A DNA stretch of 64,000 nt from Clostridia bacterium (GTDB taxonomy: Bacteria; Bacillota; Clostridia; JAAYHZ01): positions 96,001-160,000 of the forward strand of contig JBMNIH010000008.1 in the NCBI GenBank assembly GCA_050950825.1, written 5' to 3'. Under the pieces are notes generated by a model, which had not been told where the DNA came from, searched no databases, and was given only the letters and a program-made list of their open reading frames with translations. Below, piece by piece: positions 42,501 through 52,023 of this stretch. Positions within the stretch are counted from its first letter, which is position 1. Every line of letters starts with the position of its first letter. Made by a program: the position numbers and the translations under genes.

Positions 42501-44573
42501 CATGACCGAATGATTGGCGGATATTTCTCCGGATTCCGGCAGCTTGGCGTTTGCATAGAAGTACAGAGTATAAATTCCTTGTACACCGTCTTTGGCATCG
42601 GGTATGAAGGATACCTTTGCATCTCCGTTCGCATCGGTAGTCACCTCGCCCTGCACGTATTGATTGCCGGGATAAAAGTTTATATTGTATTGAATAGCCA
42701 AATCGGATACCGGAGTACCTTCGAAGAAGGCCGCATGTATGGTAAAGACAACCGGTTCTCCGTTTTTGATGCCTTTTTTGTCGGAGGATACTTCAAGGGT
42801 ATAGGCAGGCTTCACGTAGTCTTGTACGGTGATGTAGCTTCTTGCCAATACCGTATCCTTGTCTTTCACGGTGATGCCGTATCCGCCCTGCTGCAAATTC
42901 GGGATTTTGATCTCCCCTTGGTACATTCCGTCCGTCACTTTCACCGTGACTTTTTCCATGGCCGATCCTTGGTAGCCGGGACCGGGCCATATGAGGGAGG
43001 ATTTGTACAAAGGAATGTAATAGGGAGAGGAGATTTCCACCGTCACCTCTTCGGGAACTTGAACTTCTTTGTCTCTTTCCTTTAAAAAGCCCCAGAAGGA
43101 GACGATATCATTCGGTTTGTATAATTGTCTGTCCAATTGGAACGTGCTCCAATAGTCTTCCGAGTAATCGCTGAAATAGCGATAGCCGTAATAGGAGTCG
43201 TAAATCCGATAAACGTTTTCATAACGAATTACCGTATTGTCGCCGCCTTTCGTAACAAGCATATAGGCTATTCCGGTTTCTTCGTCAACGTTCAATATGT
43301 CGGGATTGAATTTGGCGATGCCGTTTTCGTCGGACGTCACCTTCGAGGCGGTTCCTACCGCTTGAACGGTTGCATTATTAACCCCTCTTCCGGATCCCAC
43401 GGTATTAAGCCAAACCAAAGCTTCCTTGTCGGTAACTACCGAGTACACCCCGATATCCGTGACTTGAAGCAGGGTTTGGAATGTACGGTCTTCCCATTTG
43501 GCATTGACGAGGTAAAACCCTTTCGGCAGTTTTTCCGGCAAGCGAAGGAAATTGTCTTCCTCCGTCTTGTTCTGCGCAGGGAAAACCTGCTTGAAGGACA
43601 TCACTTTGTTCAAGCCTTTTTCCGACAACAAATTATTTTGGTACGAATAGGAAGCCCACATCGGCACCTTGTCTTTTTCTTTTAAGGCGTCCAAGAATTT
43701 TTGTACATTGCCATAAGAATAGATTTCGGCTTCAACCGTCATGTCTTCCGGGGTTTTTTCACCGTATCGATTGTAAATATAGTAGTAGACCGGAATGAAA
43801 GGAGCTTCGTCGGAAGCCGCATCGTTTAAAACGTTGGTAAAGCTGAACCATCCCTTATCGTATATGCTCACGGATGTTTCTTGAGGTTGGGTTTCAAAAG
43901 AAAATACAAAATCTTCTTGAAGAACTTTATCCGATCCTTCTAAGGGTAATCCTTTTTTCAGCGTTACCGTGTACAAGGTTCCGTATTCCAACTCTTTTTC
44001 CGGAACAAAGACCGCGGTGCTGCCATGGCGTTCGAATTTTCCCGGTACGCTCGGGGTAATGGAAAAGAAAGAATCGATGTCTTGATAACCGTCCAGATTA
44101 AACGTAATCTCGATTCCGGTATTGATAGGAACCCCGGTGGATCGATGCGCCGGTAAGCTTGACACGATACCAAAGGGATAACCCGTTTGAAAACTCCAAG
44201 TTATATCTTCGTAGCCGTTTTTTTGCATACGAAAGGTATAGATTTTATTCGGTTCCAAAGGTTTTGCGGGAGTAATGACGAATTTTGTCGCCGATCGTTT
44301 TTCTATTGTCGGCTTCGGTTCGCCGTCAATGAAAAAGTTCGCTAAAACCTGTTCCAATGTGTGCTCCGATAAAGTGAGTAACGTAAATTTCGAGTCGATC
44401 GAAACACCGTATAAGTCGTACTCTTCCGGTATGAGAAGATAGCCGTTACGGTATTGACCTTCTGCGGAAACCGTTGTGCCCACAAAAGGATCAAGCCAAA
44501 CAACAACACCTGCCATCATAATCGCAAAAGCTGTCACGATACTGATCCATATTTTCATCTTTTTACTTAACAT
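39531..44573 (-). CDS. Alpha-2-macroglobulin family protein with N-terminal Ig-like (Big_5) domains
   Basis: N-terminal anchor, DRQLYKPND, DYVKPAY, DKKTYKPGE, SIVDEALF, IREDFKDTAVF, LPDNITQWR, DYLPAGL. Confidence 0.85.
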   Translation of the reverse strand: MLSKKMKIWISIVTAFAIMMAGVVVWLDPFVGTTVSAEGQYRNGYLLIPEEYDLYGVSIDSKFTLLTLSEHTLEQVLANFFIDGEPKPTIEKRSATKFVITPAKPLEPNKIYTFRMQKNGYEDITWSFQTGYPFGIVSSLPAHRSTGVPINTGIEITFNLDGYQDIDSFFSITPSVPGKFERHGSTAVFVPEKELEYGTLYTVTLKKGLPLEGSDKVLQEDFVFSFETQPQETSVSIYDKGWFSFTNVLNDAASDEAPFIPVYYYIYNRYGEKTPEDMTVEAEIYSYGNVQKFLDALKEKDKVPMWASYSYQNNLLSEKGLNKVMSFKQVFPAQNKTEEDNFLRLPEKLPKGFYLVNAKWEDRTFQTLLQVTDIGVYSVVTDKEALVWLNTVGSGRGVNNATVQAVGTASKVTSDENGIAKFNPDILNVDEETGIAYMLVTKGGDNTVIRYENVYRIYDSYYGYRYFSDYSEDYWSTFQLDRQLYKPNDIVSFWGFLKERDKEVQVPEEVTVEISSPYYIPLYKSSLIWPGPGYQGSAMEKVTVKVTDGMYQGEIKIPNLQQGGYGITVKDKDTVLARSYITVQDYVKPAYTLEVSSDKKGIKNGEPVVFTIHAAFFEGTPVSDLAIQYNINFYPGNQYVQGEVTTDANGDAKVSFIPDAKDGVQGIYTLYFYANAKLPESGEISANHSVMVFVNDIHVQANAYIEKEDKDAPAKGTVEVRVNLIDLDKYNADEKGDYIGAPLKGHKIEGTVLWNTWDRIEVGKYYDYINKVTYPRYEYKLRTETVTTFTMETDKDGIAKTEFTPLDVDEGYYTVNIRTKDRAGRSIKYDNIYVSGSARAYAYYPEQYQYYRLEKDKEQDNYKSGEIVGLTYKYGEKALEGGRFLYVKAARGYLEWDVKDDSRFEFTMEDKYAPNIYVYGVWFNNRVHIVSHQLIIPYDYSDNRLSLTAETDKKTYKPGETVTVKLSSENGAGAIVNLSIVDEALFALNDRYVNTLEQLYRNVSFGLVWEFRSHANSGRDVADGTAWTRDESVSFGLAENKASIAPAAQQETAIREDFKDTAVFKTVRLDENGKGFVSFKLPDNITQWRITLSGVSSDLKAGTEIMQLDVTLPFFINIAASETFLTGDLPVLGVTGYGAELKPGDEITYRVKDNLTGETVATATGRAFERANIQMPELKAGKGEWIVEAVTSTGLRDGISHKFTTFDTYKTMQKADYTELTPYTVLGNYDSRMLTLIFTDRTRGRWLPDLYSLSRSYGNRIEQKLGSRIAQELLEEYFEIEKHDDNVFEAKNYQVSDGGLSILPYGSSDVFVTAWAAAYVKDETDLFRLKEFLYGNLEKETAHASRAAALYGLASLREPVMLELEKLAVKDSLSTEEALYLALSYLSLGEKPVAQKIYNDYVTPALDMYDSYAKIKKDAYMKTGDDVTRTTVLAAVAAARMNLEEAEKLMNYVRMHPTEESLINLQKISYVKEIISRVPGGNPSLTYTWLGEETVREIGPGGMYTLTVPASKAKDFKVTAIEGELGLTVVYETAQTDHVKSDPGITVKRSYKSIKGQAGTMFRSGDIVEVTLEVTITKDAMDNYYKLTDYLPAGLKAIETPIRPYYDAGGYRIIHWYKEIDGQKVSFYVFPYKDQETYTFTYYARIASPGQYKAEGAKVQGVNVIDSTAEAFDQIIYIQP

Positions 44574-44711
44574 GGCTTGATTGCCGCCGCTAAATTGCGT
44601 ATTCTTGTTTTCACAAAACCGGGGGGTGAAGACGAATGTAGCGGCTTTCCTCCTTCATATATTTTTTCTAAACTTCCATATCACATAGAAAGTTATTTTC
44701 GGTTCTACCTG

Positions 44712-44740
44712 TTAGACGAATGGAAGGAACTTCTTGTTCC
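44712..44740 (-). promoter_or_regulatory. Candidate ECF-sigma promoter upstream of the A2M gene
   Basis: GGAAC-17 nt-CGTCTAA, resembling the AAC..CGTC consensus of Bacillota envelope-stress ECF sigmas. Confidence 0.45.
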
Positions 44741-44796
44741 TTGGATCAGAGTTTTTTTATTTCTACCTATACTTTTACATGATGACGTCAAAAACT

Positions 44797-45585
44797 TTAG
44801 CCGGCTTTTTCTTTTTTTACTTTGTCGAACAAAAACAATTCCTTCTTTCGGGCTTTTTTAATAACGAAGAAAAATCCTGCCGCAGCCAAGATCGGCAAAT
44901 ACAAGCCGTTTATCCAAGGAGCCGAATTGCTGAAGTAAACGGCCGCCGATATGGTAACACCGTGCAGCACAAAACTTAAGACAAGCAGGGACAGTCTTCC
45001 CCTTTTGGCCGCATACATGGTCAAAAGCGAAAAAGCGGCATGAATTACAAGCATGGTGATTCGCTCCCAACCTGCCAACAAATGCATATATACGGGAGTA
45101 GCTTTTAATTCCTCGATAAAGGAGGTAACACTCGGATTGTTTTCCAATTCGCCGTATCTTCCCATATGGTACATAACGGAGAACATGAATCTTCGTACGT
45201 ATACGCCTCCGGTGACCGTCATTCCTTCAAGGCTTGCAAAACCTAAGCCCATAGCCAATCCGTTTTCCCAAGTCATATGATCTCGGACAAACACACGATA
45301 GTATATGAATCGGCCTACTTCGTCGAATAACCCGGCCGAAAAACCTAGCAAAAGAGCATACAAAACGGGATTTTCCACGTAAGCTGCGTACTGCTCATTT
45401 TCGGTAAAGGCTCTTAAAAAAGGCATTCTCAAAAAAAGCTCGAATACCAAAAACACAATGAATCCTGCTGCAAACATATCCGGCTTCATTTTATACTTGC
45501 CATAGAAGCGAAAAATGAGCACTACGGGAAGCACAAAGCATATGACCAAATTCAATAGCATAAAAAGCATGGAAATAAAATTCAT
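44797..45585 (-). CDS. YhfC/PrsW-like intramembrane metalloprotease
   Basis: AGLFDEVGR, GLGFASLE, WER..H, LHG; ~8 TM segments. Confidence 0.75.
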   Translation of the reverse strand: MNFISMLFMLLNLVICFVLPVVLIFRFYGKYKMKPDMFAAGFIVFLVFELFLRMPFLRAFTENEQYAAYVENPVLYALLLGFSAGLFDEVGRFIYYRVFVRDHMTWENGLAMGLGFASLEGMTVTGGVYVRRFMFSVMYHMGRYGELENNPSVTSFIEELKATPVYMHLLAGWERITMLVIHAAFSLLTMYAAKRGRLSLLVLSFVLHGVTISAAVYFSNSAPWINGLYLPILAAAGFFFVIKKARKKELFLFDKVKKEKAG

Positions 45586-45849
45586 ATTTTAACTCCGTTT
45601 TTTTTCATTTATATATTCATTGTCTTTACCATTATAGCATACGGAACAACTCGGTGAACACCTGAAAAAGCGGCATTGACAAACGGAAAAGATAGACATA
45701 CAATTTTTACATAGAGAAAGCTATAAAGAAAAGCAAGCAACGAATGCCCTGCCGGTGGGGTGGTTTCTATATAAAACCGGAAAAAACATAATAAGGAGGT
45801 GCGCTGTCATCCCCGTGACAAAATCAGGGGGTTTTCTGTCGCAGGTATT

Positions 45850-46779
45850 ATGAAAAAGTGGATTATCCTAATCGTTATTGTTGTCATTCTTATGTTTGTT
45901 ATGGCGTCCGGGTTGGCATTAGCCGCCCTGAAATCCGACAGTGCTTTTTTCCGTATTCCGAGAGAAATGATTCAAAGTCTGTTGTCCGGAGAAAAGTTTT
46001 CCTTCGGCCTATTAACCAATACCTTTGATATTGACGAAATTTCATCCGATTCCGTAAAAGGCATCAATCGCATTGAAATCTTAACCGTTTCATCGGATAT
46101 TACGATTCATTTGACCGACAGCTCGGATATCGAGGTGACATTAAAAGGGGTCTTTCGTACGACGGGAAATAAACCGGTTCGATTGGAAAAAAGCAAGAAA
46201 GGATCCGCTTTATCCTTTAAGGTCGAATACCCGAAAGGGAGAATCAATTCCTCCTCCGATATGAAGATGGATGTTTATCTTCCGAAAAGCTATGAAAATA
46301 CATTGAAGGTAACGACGGTATCCGGAGACATCATGGCAAAGGAGCTTTTGAATGAAGCCAATATCTTCGATTCGGTATCGGGAAATATTAAAATCGATAA
46401 AATTCTTTTTTCCGATGTAAAAGCTACCATGGTTTCCGGGGATGCGATCATCGGATTAGAAACGGTCCGAGAAAAAGCCGTCTTGGATATCAACAGCGTA
46501 TCCGGGAATATCCGTTTGGATTTTGCCAAACCTTTAGGAGCGAACAAAAACAAGGAGGATATTAAAGTGGAAACGGTATCCGGGCATGTGGATATCTATC
46601 TTCCGGATAATTCCTCCTTCACGGTCAAATACGAATCCACCTCCGGTAAGCTCAGCTCGGATTTTCCCATGACCATCGAATCCTCAGGGAAATTCTCTTC
46701 ATCGGGAACCGTCAACCAAGGAAACGGCCAAATCAAGGTTCAAACCGTATCCGGAAAATTGAGCTTATATAAGAATTAA
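45850..46779 (+). CDS. DUF4097 beta-strand-repeat membrane-anchored protein
   Basis: N-terminal TM; repeated TVSGDI/SVSGNI/TVSGHV/STSGKL units; upstream TTGACA..TACAAT promoter (45677-45705). Confidence 0.82.
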   Translation: MKKWIILIVIVVILMFVMASGLALAALKSDSAFFRIPREMIQSLLSGEKFSFGLLTNTFDIDEISSDSVKGINRIEILTVSSDITIHLTDSSDIEVTLKGVFRTTGNKPVRLEKSKKGSALSFKVEYPKGRINSSSDMKMDVYLPKSYENTLKVTTVSGDIMAKELLNEANIFDSVSGNIKIDKILFSDVKATMVSGDAIIGLETVREKAVLDINSVSGNIRLDFAKPLGANKNKEDIKVETVSGHVDIYLPDNSSFTVKYESTSGKLSSDFPMTIESSGKFSSSGTVNQGNGQIKVQTVSGKLSLYKN

Positions 46780-46804
46780 AAAGACGAAAAGCAAGGCAGC
46801 AACA

Positions 46805-46838
46805 AAGGGCCGTGCAGTTTTCGTATTGCACGGCCTTT
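46805..46838. terminator. Terminator between convergent genes
   Basis: GGCCGTGCA..TGCACGGCC-TTT. Confidence 0.75.
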
Positions 46839-46839
46839 G

Positions 46840-48171
46840 TTATTCTTTATCCATAGCTTTTTTATAGGGGGCAATCATTCCTTCGTTCATTTTGTTCCCC
46901 ATCTTCGCCTTCAGCTTCGGGGAAGACATCAATGCACCTACAAGATACATTTTAAAAGCCGTCCCTTTTTTCTTTTGGGGAAAGTCATAAAATCCGTGTT
47001 GCTTGTAAAACCGATGGTCCGCCTTCATCAAACCTCGCATAAGCCAGATAAGGTCCCGGAATATTTTCATCCCGCCGACTCCGTAAAAATTTCTAGGCAT
47101 TACAAGCTTTTGCTCCATGGCATAGCTTAGCCTTGCCGCCAATTTGTCGATCTCTCCGTCCGGGTCGATCTCGTCGCAGGCAACCCCTGCAAGAAAGTTT
47201 CCTCCTACCTCGCTTCGGCCTTCGATAATCATCCGCAGGTTCTCTTCGGCCGGGTAATTGCCGCTTATCAAGTACCCTATGGGCATGCCCATCGTCACGG
47301 TGCGATGGCCGTTGCAAAACTGCCTGTCGTCATACATTTTAAAAAGGGATCCCATGGAATGGTCTTTTATCGTAAATGCATAAACGATGGCATCCGCCGT
47401 TTGTATGTGATTTCTTAAAAAATCGTCAAATCCGTCGTTGTATATGCATTTCCCGGAAGATGCGCAATGAAAACAGCCTAAACATCCTCCCTTTATGGGA
47501 TACGAAGAGATGTCCGTGACTCGACTTTCGTACGGCAAAACGGCTTGAAATCGATCGATCATATCCTGCAGCTGCCGATCGGGTCTGTCCGTTACGATCA
47601 CTACGTCTTTTTTCTTTTTGCCGGGAGTCGGCGAAGAAGGAGTAACCTTAATGTGAGCGGGTTTTACCGAAGACTTTGGTATCGTTTCATAAATATCGTT
47701 TTTGACGCACCACGACACGTACTCAAAAAAGGCCTTGGCCGTTTTACGACCGTTTTCCGTAAGAAGATCGTCCATATCCGCGGAAAGACCGTTGATATAT
47801 TTCATACCCAAATCCCCACAGTTTTCTTGGATGTATTTATGGGCCGTCACATCGTAAAAATGCTTGGATGTGGTCACTTGCGTTACGAATTTTCTCGACA
47901 AATCAAGACCGGAATCTTTTAAAAGCTCCATAAAGCGGTGAAGCTGGCTCGGTGCAATGAAGGTATACACGGGATAGGAAAACAACAGAAGGTCCGCTTC
48001 TTTTATGGCTTCCGCCGCTTCCGAAAAGTCCTTCTCTAAAGATTTGATACGCCTTCCTACATGAAGAAAACGAAAATAATGCTCCGAAAATTTCTTCTCC
48101 AAATACAAAACCGTCTGAAACGTAATGCTGTACTCCCCTTTCGGGCTTCCGTTTAAAACAAGAACCTTCAT
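46840..48171 (-). CDS. Tandem flavodoxin-like / iron-sulfur flavoprotein (FMN reductase family)
   Basis: VLNGSPKG, FSYPVY; second domain GCLGCFHC..GKC. Confidence 0.75.
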   Translation of the reverse strand: MKVLVLNGSPKGEYSITFQTVLYLEKKFSEHYFRFLHVGRRIKSLEKDFSEAAEAIKEADLLLFSYPVYTFIAPSQLHRFMELLKDSGLDLSRKFVTQVTTSKHFYDVTAHKYIQENCGDLGMKYINGLSADMDDLLTENGRKTAKAFFEYVSWCVKNDIYETIPKSSVKPAHIKVTPSSPTPGKKKKDVVIVTDRPDRQLQDMIDRFQAVLPYESRVTDISSYPIKGGCLGCFHCASSGKCIYNDGFDDFLRNHIQTADAIVYAFTIKDHSMGSLFKMYDDRQFCNGHRTVTMGMPIGYLISGNYPAEENLRMIIEGRSEVGGNFLAGVACDEIDPDGEIDKLAARLSYAMEQKLVMPRNFYGVGGMKIFRDLIWLMRGLMKADHRFYKQHGFYDFPQKKKGTAFKMYLVGALMSSPKLKAKMGNKMNEGMIAPYKKAMDKE

Positions 48172-48306
48172 ATTCCTATGTTCTCCTATTAATTATATCT
48201 ATTATTCATTATACCTTATTCCCGTGTAAAAAACACATAAAAAAGGCCCGGAAAACCGGTTTTTTAAAACCTGCTTTCGGACCTTTAAAGCTTTTTACTT
48301 CACGGT

Positions 48307-48993
48307 TTATACATGAAACTTCTTTACAAACTCTTCCGCGATAGCCTTTCGTGCGAATACGGCCAGTCCCATAATAATAAGGTAGGAAATAGCGGCGGCG
48401 ATCAAACCGGGCAGCATCGGCTCCGTCAAGAAGCAAAGCACAATGATGAAGGGTACAAAGCCTGCTACGCACAAACACAAAAGGTAAAAAAGGAAGTCTT
48501 TTCGGTTTTGCTTTTTCTTGATCATAATAATGACCGCAGCGACTATAAAGGCTATGAAAACAATGGGCATTCCGTAAGATACCGACCAGGTGACCGGATT
48601 CAGGGTCCCGGTTTTGGATATAAATACGTTCATAATCAACATGAGTACCGACACGGATATTGCATGCCCCACCAGCTTAATGCCTAAATGAACTCTTGTT
48701 TTGAAGGTTACCAGCCCCATCAGCCAAATGTACAGAACATAAGCGGAGAATATAACGCTCCACAGGCTTCCGGACCAAGTGAGGGCGTTAATGCCGGCGC
48801 TGAGCATAATTAATAAAATGGCGGAAATAAACATAGCTTTCGCCAGTTTGCGGTTGCTGCGAACCTTCGGAATATATTCCGGATACTTCGGTTCCGGATT
48901 TTGTTGGTAAGCACCGGGCATATGCTTGTCACATAGAGGACAGCGATCGGAATTTCCGGTGATACGTACTTTGCAATCAATACAATAAAGCAT
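48307..48993 (-). CDS. Zn-ribbon membrane protein (DUF6320-like)
   Basis: YCIDCKV..RCPLC followed by ~6 TM helices, ending KKFHV; SD AAGGAG before ATG 48993. Confidence 0.7.
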   Translation of the reverse strand: MLYCIDCKVRITGNSDRCPLCDKHMPGAYQQNPEPKYPEYIPKVRSNRKLAKAMFISAILLIMLSAGINALTWSGSLWSVIFSAYVLYIWLMGLVTFKTRVHLGIKLVGHAISVSVLMLIMNVFISKTGTLNPVTWSVSYGMPIVFIAFIVAAVIIMIKKKQNRKDFLFYLLCLCVAGFVPFIIVLCFLTEPMLPGLIAAAISYLIIMGLAVFARKAIAEEFVKKFHV

Positions 48994-49004
48994 GGATGAC
49001 TCCT

Positions 49005-50324
49005 TTAAAAATATTTCTCCCAATAATTGCCTTGAATCTCGACTTTAATCCCTTGTTCGGAGAGAAAACGGAAAAACGTTTTTTCCACTTCTTTTTCTTT
49101 GATTCCTCTCGAAAAGGCTACGGAAGCGACTCCCTTGCAGGATACGACGGCTGCATTCGGACCGGATTTATATCGGGCGCCTAAATTCAGTTCCACATCC
49201 TCCACGTACTTGGACATCGAGGAGGGCAATACCACATTCCCCAAATTGGTAATGGTTGCCGTGGCCAATCGATTGGCAAACATGCTATATCCCGCCTTAA
49301 GAAGCAACTTCTTCACAAACAAGGGGCTTCCTCTTACGGCCAAATTTTTCTCCGCGGCCACATTGGCCTTCATGGTCTCCAATAAATGAGCAAGATTCAA
49401 TTTTTCTTCAAAATCTTGTTTTGTTTTTTCCAATATCTCTTTAAACTCAATGCTGTCATCCTTGTATTTATGGATGGAATAAAAGTACAAAGAGAAATTC
49501 CGCAGGGTTTTCGAATTAAAATATTTCCTCATATTCACCGGTATGAAAATGTTGACGGGACGTCTCGCCAATCTTTTTCGATCTCCGGTTTTTAAAATGC
49601 TGTAAGCCAACAAAGCGGCTAAAAATTGCGTAACGGTGGCATTGTAATCTTTGGCTACCTTCTTCAGTTCCTCTACGCTCATTTTACCGGTAATGACACC
49701 GGTACCGCCTTGGATAAAGGGGGTTCCTTTAATTTCATAGGCTTTGTTTACGACAGGGCGGGTCGACGGTCCTTCTTTATAGTTTTTCAAAAAGCTGTCT
49801 TCCATCTCCTCCGCAGAAGGTGACTGATCCACCGTCAGTACCATGTTTTCGCTTTCCATGGGATATCCTTTTAACTCCAAGTACCGATATACCAAGGATT
49901 TCGTATATTCCAGCGCACCGTTGCCGTCGCAGATGCTGTGGAAAACCTCCACACTGATTCTTTTTTTATGGTAATAACAAGAAAACTGGTATCCGTTATT
50001 CGCAAAAAAATCAATGGATTTACACATAAAAGGCGGTTCCGGCTTGACTTCAAGCGTCCGCTCGTTTTTTTCATAGTAATACCAAAAGAAACCTCTTCTC
50101 ATCCTCACGTAAAAAGTGGGAAATCGCGGTTTTAAATCGAAAACCGCTTGTTGAAGAAGCTTCGGGTCAATATCCTCCGTTAAAGTCATGGATATTCTAA
50201 AAACATGGCCGTTCTGAGGACCGGCCACAACAGGGTATATTTTGGCAGCGTTGTCAAGCCGAAACCACTTTGGTGCGGCATGACCCGTTTTTGTATTTAC
50301 AAGGGGATTCAATTGCAATACCAT
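49005..50324 (-). CDS. Alcohol acetyltransferase-like CoA-dependent acyltransferase (condensation fold)
   Basis: WFRLDNAAKIYP, FHSICDG (HxxxDG), PVNMR..TLRNF, TNLG. Confidence 0.78.
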   Translation of the reverse strand: MVLQLNPLVNTKTGHAAPKWFRLDNAAKIYPVVAGPQNGHVFRISMTLTEDIDPKLLQQAVFDLKPRFPTFYVRMRRGFFWYYYEKNERTLEVKPEPPFMCKSIDFFANNGYQFSCYYHKKRISVEVFHSICDGNGALEYTKSLVYRYLELKGYPMESENMVLTVDQSPSAEEMEDSFLKNYKEGPSTRPVVNKAYEIKGTPFIQGGTGVITGKMSVEELKKVAKDYNATVTQFLAALLAYSILKTGDRKRLARRPVNIFIPVNMRKYFNSKTLRNFSLYFYSIHKYKDDSIEFKEILEKTKQDFEEKLNLAHLLETMKANVAAEKNLAVRGSPLFVKKLLLKAGYSMFANRLATATITNLGNVVLPSSMSKYVEDVELNLGARYKSGPNAAVVSCKGVASVAFSRGIKEKEVEKTFFRFLSEQGIKVEIQGNYWEKYF

Positions 50325-50511
50325 TTTACTCCTTCAGTTTATACAACCATTTTACAATGAAAGGTCATTCCTGTCAATGATAAAAGTTTCTGTCTGCCAA
50401 AAATATATAAAAAATATATTAAAAACGGAAAAAGAACGGATGCAATGCATGCGGCATCCATCCGTTTTCATAGTCAGTCTATTTATTGATTCTGTTCGAA
50501 CCGATATTTCC

Positions 50512-52023
50512 TTACTGCAATCCTCCTGCCAGAAGGACCCCCATTTGATGTTGCGGGTCGATTTGGCCGTCCTTATGCCTTCTTCCGTTTAAGAAGTAAA
50601 GGTCAAAGTGGCCGTCCATCCCGTTGCCCGATATGGCATCGTAGTTCGGACCGTAACCGTAGTCTCCGCTTCTTCCGGACACATTGGCAAGATAAGGCGC
50701 TCCGTCTACACCGGCATGAGGCATCGCCGAAACGGATACGGCAAACCGTCTTCCGTCAACTTCCAATATAAAGGGTTTTCTTTCCCAAGACCATTTGCCG
50801 CCAAAAGCGTCCTTGAGCTTTTGGGTATCGGCCATTGTCAACGTTTCCGTGTCCGCGTGAGACGAACCCGTTGTCCTTTTTACTTGAATACGGACACCGG
50901 TATTCATATCGATCAACACGCCGGTTTTGTTCAATGGAAATACGTATTGGCCTTGTTCTTTCCAATCCAGCACTTCTCCGTATTTCCACGAGGGAACGTA
51001 TTTTTTAGCGATCTTGCGCACCGGAATCTTGATGACTTGCCCGATATCCAAATAACCGCTTTGAATACCGTTTGCTTTTCTCAAATCGTCTTCGGATATT
51101 CCGTGTTGCGTCGCTACGGACCAAATGGTGTCTCCGCTTTTTACCGTGTAGGATTTATAGGTCGTATAGTCTCCTAAGGTGCTGTAGCCGATTTCTCCGC
51201 TGAAGAGATTGCCGTTATCGGCAAAGCCTTGGTTGCTTAGATCCGTCCAAAATACACTTTTGTGAATATATCCGATACCTTTCGGTGAAGATACCTTATA
51301 CCAATCCCCGTTTTTCCCTAATACCGTAATGGGCGTCCATGCCGCCAAATATCCTTTGTCTTGGTAGGAGAATCCGGGTCCCGCTTCCAATGTGGCGCTC
51401 TTTGACACGTAAGCATCGTAAGAGAAGGTATCATTATGATATCCTACGGTCAAAAGCTGACCGGGGTATATCAAGTGGCTGCTCAACCCGTTTTGGTTCA
51501 TAAGCCAATTTACCGAAACACCGTATCGAGTTGCCAATTTACTCAAAGTATCCCCGGACTGCACCTTTACTCTTACGGCGCCGGCGTTGCCCGGAGGATA
51601 TACCTCGTATCGATTCTTTTCGTAGTTGATATATACTTTCATACCGAGCTTGTCTGCGGCAAAGGTTGCCGGAACGTAGACGCTCTGTCCGATAATCTTC
51701 GTCGGTGCATTCGCCCATACGTATTTGCCGTTTACCTTCACCGTGTTGTCATTCAAATTGAAAACAAGCTCCGTATCGCCTCTCGTTACGGTATACGTCA
51801 ACCGGTCGCGGTCGAACCGTGAAACGGCTCCCATGGCATCGGCCAATATTTTTACCGGCAGCATCACTTTCCCGTCTCGATTGACAATCGCTCCGCTTTC
51901 CATAATGAAATTGTTGTTATACCAAAAATCCATTCCGTACAAAGCTTCATTCCCCGAAGCGTTTGCCGTATGAGGAACAATAAAAAGCAACAGTATGAGT
52001 ACCGCACAAAATATTTTTTTCAT
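50512..52023 (-). CDS. Secreted cell-wall protein: copper amine oxidase N-like + LysM + SH3 + LysM + conserved C-terminal domain
   Basis: Signal peptide; VQSGDTLSKLA and VKSGDTIWSVA LysM repeats; GDWYKV..GYI SH3b. Confidence 0.8.
   Translation of the reverse strand: MKKIFCAVLILLLFIVPHTANASGNEALYGMDFWYNNNFIMESGAIVNRDGKVMLPVKILADAMGAVSRFDRDRLTYTVTRGDTELVFNLNDNTVKVNGKYVWANAPTKIIGQSVYVPATFAADKLGMKVYINYEKNRYEVYPPGNAGAVRVKVQSGDTLSKLATRYGVSVNWLMNQNGLSSHLIYPGQLLTVGYHNDTFSYDAYVSKSATLEAGPGFSYQDKGYLAAWTPITVLGKNGDWYKVSSPKGIGYIHKSVFWTDLSNQGFADNGNLFSGEIGYSTLGDYTTYKSYTVKSGDTIWSVATQHGISEDDLRKANGIQSGYLDIGQVIKIPVRKIAKKYVPSWKYGEVLDWKEQGQYVFPLNKTGVLIDMNTGVRIQVKRTTGSSHADTETLTMADTQKLKDAFGGKWSWERKPFILEVDGRRFAVSVSAMPHAGVDGAPYLANVSGRSGDYGYGPNYDAISGNGMDGHFDLYFLNGRRHKDGQIDPQHQMGVLLAGGLQ

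Noticed and set aside
45720-45790. Stand-alone ncRNA (SRP or 6S-like) in the DUF4097 leader
   Set aside because: No recognisable conserved motif or long duplex.
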